This document shows, in pieces, positions 60,839 to 64,000 of a stretch of 64,000 nucleotides of DNA. Under the pieces are notes generated by a model that searched no databases, was not told the DNA's origin, and saw only the letters and a program-made list of their open reading frames with translations. The first letter of the stretch is position 1. Every line of letters begins with the position of its first letter. A program made the position numbers and the translations under genes. Origin of the DNA: the human T2T-CHM13v2.0 reference genome, Homo sapiens; the NCBI RefSeq assembly GCF_009914755.1, contig NC_060934.1; one strand, given 5' to 3'.

Positions 60839-62191
60839 CAACTTAGGTCCAATTTCATTCTGTCCATACCCTCTCCACTCTCCCACCACTGGAGTATTTC
60901 ATAGTAAATCTCTGACATCATCTCATTTCATCCATAAGTATCTCAGCAGGCAGCTCTAAAGGATAATGACTCTTTAAAAAAAAAACATAATCACAATCCC
61001 ATTATCACACCTAAACACATCAACAGTAATTCCAGTCAGTGTTCAATGATCAATTGCCTCAACTTTTTTTTTTTTTTACCAGTTGGTTTGTTCAACTCAG
61101 GATCCAAATAAAATACACACATCGCATGTAGTTTCATTTGACCTGCCCACCTCAGACCATAGGACCTTCAGGGTAGAAGCTCAAGTTTATGTCTAACTTC
61201 ACTGGAGCAGAGCTGATATGTGGTAAGTCATTCATAAATCGGGGCTGAAAAACAGAAGGGAGAGGGAGGAGAATGCTGGATCCTCAGACCTGTTAAAGAT
61301 CCTGACAGAAAAGACCCAAAGTCAAAATATGGGCAACAGAAGGAGGCAGCAGGAGGAAACTGAAGTGCAGACATTAAAAGAAATTCTGTCTGTGCTGAAG
61401 GCTTCTTTGAAGCTTTGACAAGGAGAAATACTTGCTCTTTGCTCCTTGCCTGCTCTTTGACAAGCAGCCTTGAAGCAGTTTTGTAACCTTAAGAGGAGCC
61501 TGTGACTACCAGAGAGTGGAAAGCAGTGGTTTCTGAGAAGTGGCCAAGGGAGAAGAGAAAAGCCCAAAGGCACATACACATGTGTGCACACACACACAGG
61601 CACACTGGCACACACACACACACACACACAGAGCTCAGCAGGCTGCCTGTGATCTGTGCTTCAACACACTGGCACTACAAAAACTCAAACCTGAATCTGC
61701 TCAAGCCTCCCGATTCAAGTTCTAGGTTACAGGAAATACGGGGGACAGAGGAACATGCTAAACAGGGCCCCAGGGATACAAACAGCAAATGTGAGGTATG
61801 GAAACCATAGAAGAGATGACCACATTGTGTAAACAATTACATTGTAAGGAAAGAAAGAGAGAGAAAAACTACAGTTCAAATGAAATTGCATGCAATGTGT
61901 GGATTTTATTTGGATCCTGAGTTGAACAAACCAACTGGTAAAAAAAAAAAAAGAAAAGAAAAGAAAATTGAGGCAATTGATCATTGAACACTGACTGGAA
62001 TTACTGTTGATGTGTTTAGGTGTGATAATGAGATTGTGACTAGGTTTTTTTTTTAAAGAGTCATTATCCTTTAGAGCTGCCTGCTGAAATACTTACGGAT
62101 GAAATGAGATGATGTCAGAGATTTACTATGAAATACTCCAGTAGTGGGAGAGTGGAGAGGGTATGGACAGAATGAAATTGGCCCTAAGTTG
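60839..62191. repeat. Inverted repeat, arms 60839-61141 and 61876-62191 (~96% identical)
   Basis: 11 substitutions plus one T-tract indel over ~300 bp; also visible as the same peptide GEWRGYGQNEIGPKL in two opposite-strand ORFs. Confidence 0.97.
61585..61630. repeat. (CA)n microsatellite
   Basis: Interrupted CA run. Confidence 0.9.
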
Positions 62192-62300
62192 GCAAATGTT
62201 GAAGATGGATGTTGGGATCATGGTACTTTGTTGTTCTCTCCACTTTTGTACATGTTTGGAATTTTCCATGATGAACAGAAGTTTAAAAAAAAAAAAAAAA
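61675..62300 (+). mobile_element. Ancient L1M (L1MC-like) 3'UTR with polyA
   Basis: AACCTGAATCTGCTCAAGCCTC..ACAGAGGAACATG..GATGAAATGAGATGATGTC..CTTTTGTACATGTTTGGAATTTTCCATGA, then an A tail. Confidence 0.8.
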
Positions 62301-64000
62301 CTCTACCGAGGGGACTCCCAGCTCCACCACTGACCGGCTGGGGCCCTCCCAACCATTCCTGGCTTCCCTGAGCCTCAGTGTCCCCACGGGTAGGGGCTCC
62401 TGCCTGCAGGGAGTAGTGTCTAGCAAGAACTCCATCCCTGTTCATTATTTCTGCTATTTGTTTATGAGTGTTTACTCTCTGTTTCTCTTGGGACAGTCTC
62501 AAAGGAGCATCAAATTAATTGATTATCCTCCAACAGGGCGCAGGTATTTTTTGCTTCTTCCAAGAAGCTTGCTTGATACCCAACTCGGCTGAAGTGGGCG
62601 TCTCCCCAGGATCATCCTGACACTCTGCAGGGGCATCCCCCATTAGACTGAGCTGTCCTCGGCACCTAGCATGCCGTAAGCACTCAGTAAGTACTATTTG
62701 ACCAACCAAATGAATGAACTCTGCATCCCTGGCTTTTCAGGGTCCCACTTTGCTGAAAGAAGTCCAAAAGATACGATGCAGAAATCTGCCTTCTCAGCAT
62801 TACTCTGTCTCTGCTTTGCTGTGTGGTCCTGAGCAAGAATCTCAACCTCTCTGAGCCTCTTAAGTCACTCTTCCTGATGGCCATGCTGTGACAGGAAATG
62901 GATGGAAATCTGACCATTGCCCATTGCCTCCCAGTTTCAGGTGAACCTGCCTTTGTAACACAACATTGCTTGGGGGTGAGGCCTGTACTGAAGGGAACTG
63001 CCCAAATGGCCAGCCCGAAGCAGCTCCCATGGCCTCAGCTTGAAAGGCACCACCACATCCAACCCACCCACCTCCCCTCTCTGCTAGATTCCCTCGTGGT
63101 CCACAGAGACTCTGCACAAAGTCCTCGGGCTCTCAACGACTTTCATCAATGAGACTCTCATTGTGATAAAAATCACTCACCGATGACATTTAAGAACAAA
63201 TAGGTTAACATTTCAGACAAGCCCATAACACAACAAACCCCATGAGGGATCCTTTTCAGACAGGGGAATTGGCTGCTAGAAACCACCAAGTAAGCGACGT
63301 CTTCTGACTGCCAGAATTGCAGCTTTAACAGCTGGGAGAAGAAAACACAGCCTGCCAATGTGATTTTACCAATGGTCCAGCATGCCTATAACCCATGTAA
63401 GTATGGCTGAAAACCCACACAAGAACTTCGGGCAGCTCCATACCCAGGTGAGCAATATTCAGAGATTCTGGCGGTGACAATCACATGAACTGCAACTTAT
63501 GCAGATTATGACACCTGCACCTGCAGCTGTGGAGACCTTCATGGATCCTGTGGGGCACACAGGCCCCCAGCAGCTCTGGGTCCTCGGCCCAGGACACAGA
63601 GGAAAGGCCCAGCCCAAGGCTGTGGCTGAACAGTGTCTGGACAGAAGAGCACAGCTGTTTGGGGGGATCTGATGGCCGGTCCCCCTGGATCCTCCAGAGA
63701 GCTTGGCAGGCGATACCACAGCTAAAGGCCAGAATGGAATAAGGAAAACATTTCCCCTCCGTTCCTTGGCCTAGAACAGCCTAGAGGAAAGGGCTTTGGG
63801 GGCCAGGAGCAGAGCCAGCTTCCTGGGTTGGTTTCCTAGTTCTAGAACACTGGCAGCCCAGGTGGCTACTGGGCCAAACCCTTGTTTAATGTGGCTCCTC
63901 TGTGCCTGTCTGAATGCTTCCCCAAGCTTCCAAGACCAGCTCATTGCCCTCTCCTTCCTCTTCCTCTCCTCCCTCCACACCCAGCATCCCCAGCCTCCCA

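Overview
Primate (ape, probably human) intergenic or intronic DNA, not prokaryotic. It is dominated by transposable elements, and I recognise no cellular protein-coding gene, RNA gene or CRISPR array. The only long ORFs are transposon-derived: a full-length but dead L1PA3-type LINE-1 (30942-37006) and the internal ORF of a complete THE1B MaLR element (26713-28988). The L1 sits inside an ERV1 (MER50-family) solo LTR, which also carries a THE1A LTR and a locally templated 119-bp insertion. I found no convincing new multi-gene system. The most notable items are: (i) a perfect PRDM9 hotspot 13-mer, CCTCCCTAGCCAC, in one THE1B LTR; (ii) four locally templated duplications that transposition does not explain (inverted 3560-3725/4090-4252 and 60839-61141/61876-62191; direct 30229-30347/37877-37995 and 16409-16445/18013-18049); (iii) several minus-strand exon-like segments that could belong to an LTR- or L1-antisense-driven lncRNA (speculative). 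Repeat subfamily names come from my recollection of consensus sequences and were not checked by alignment. Identities were counted by eye.
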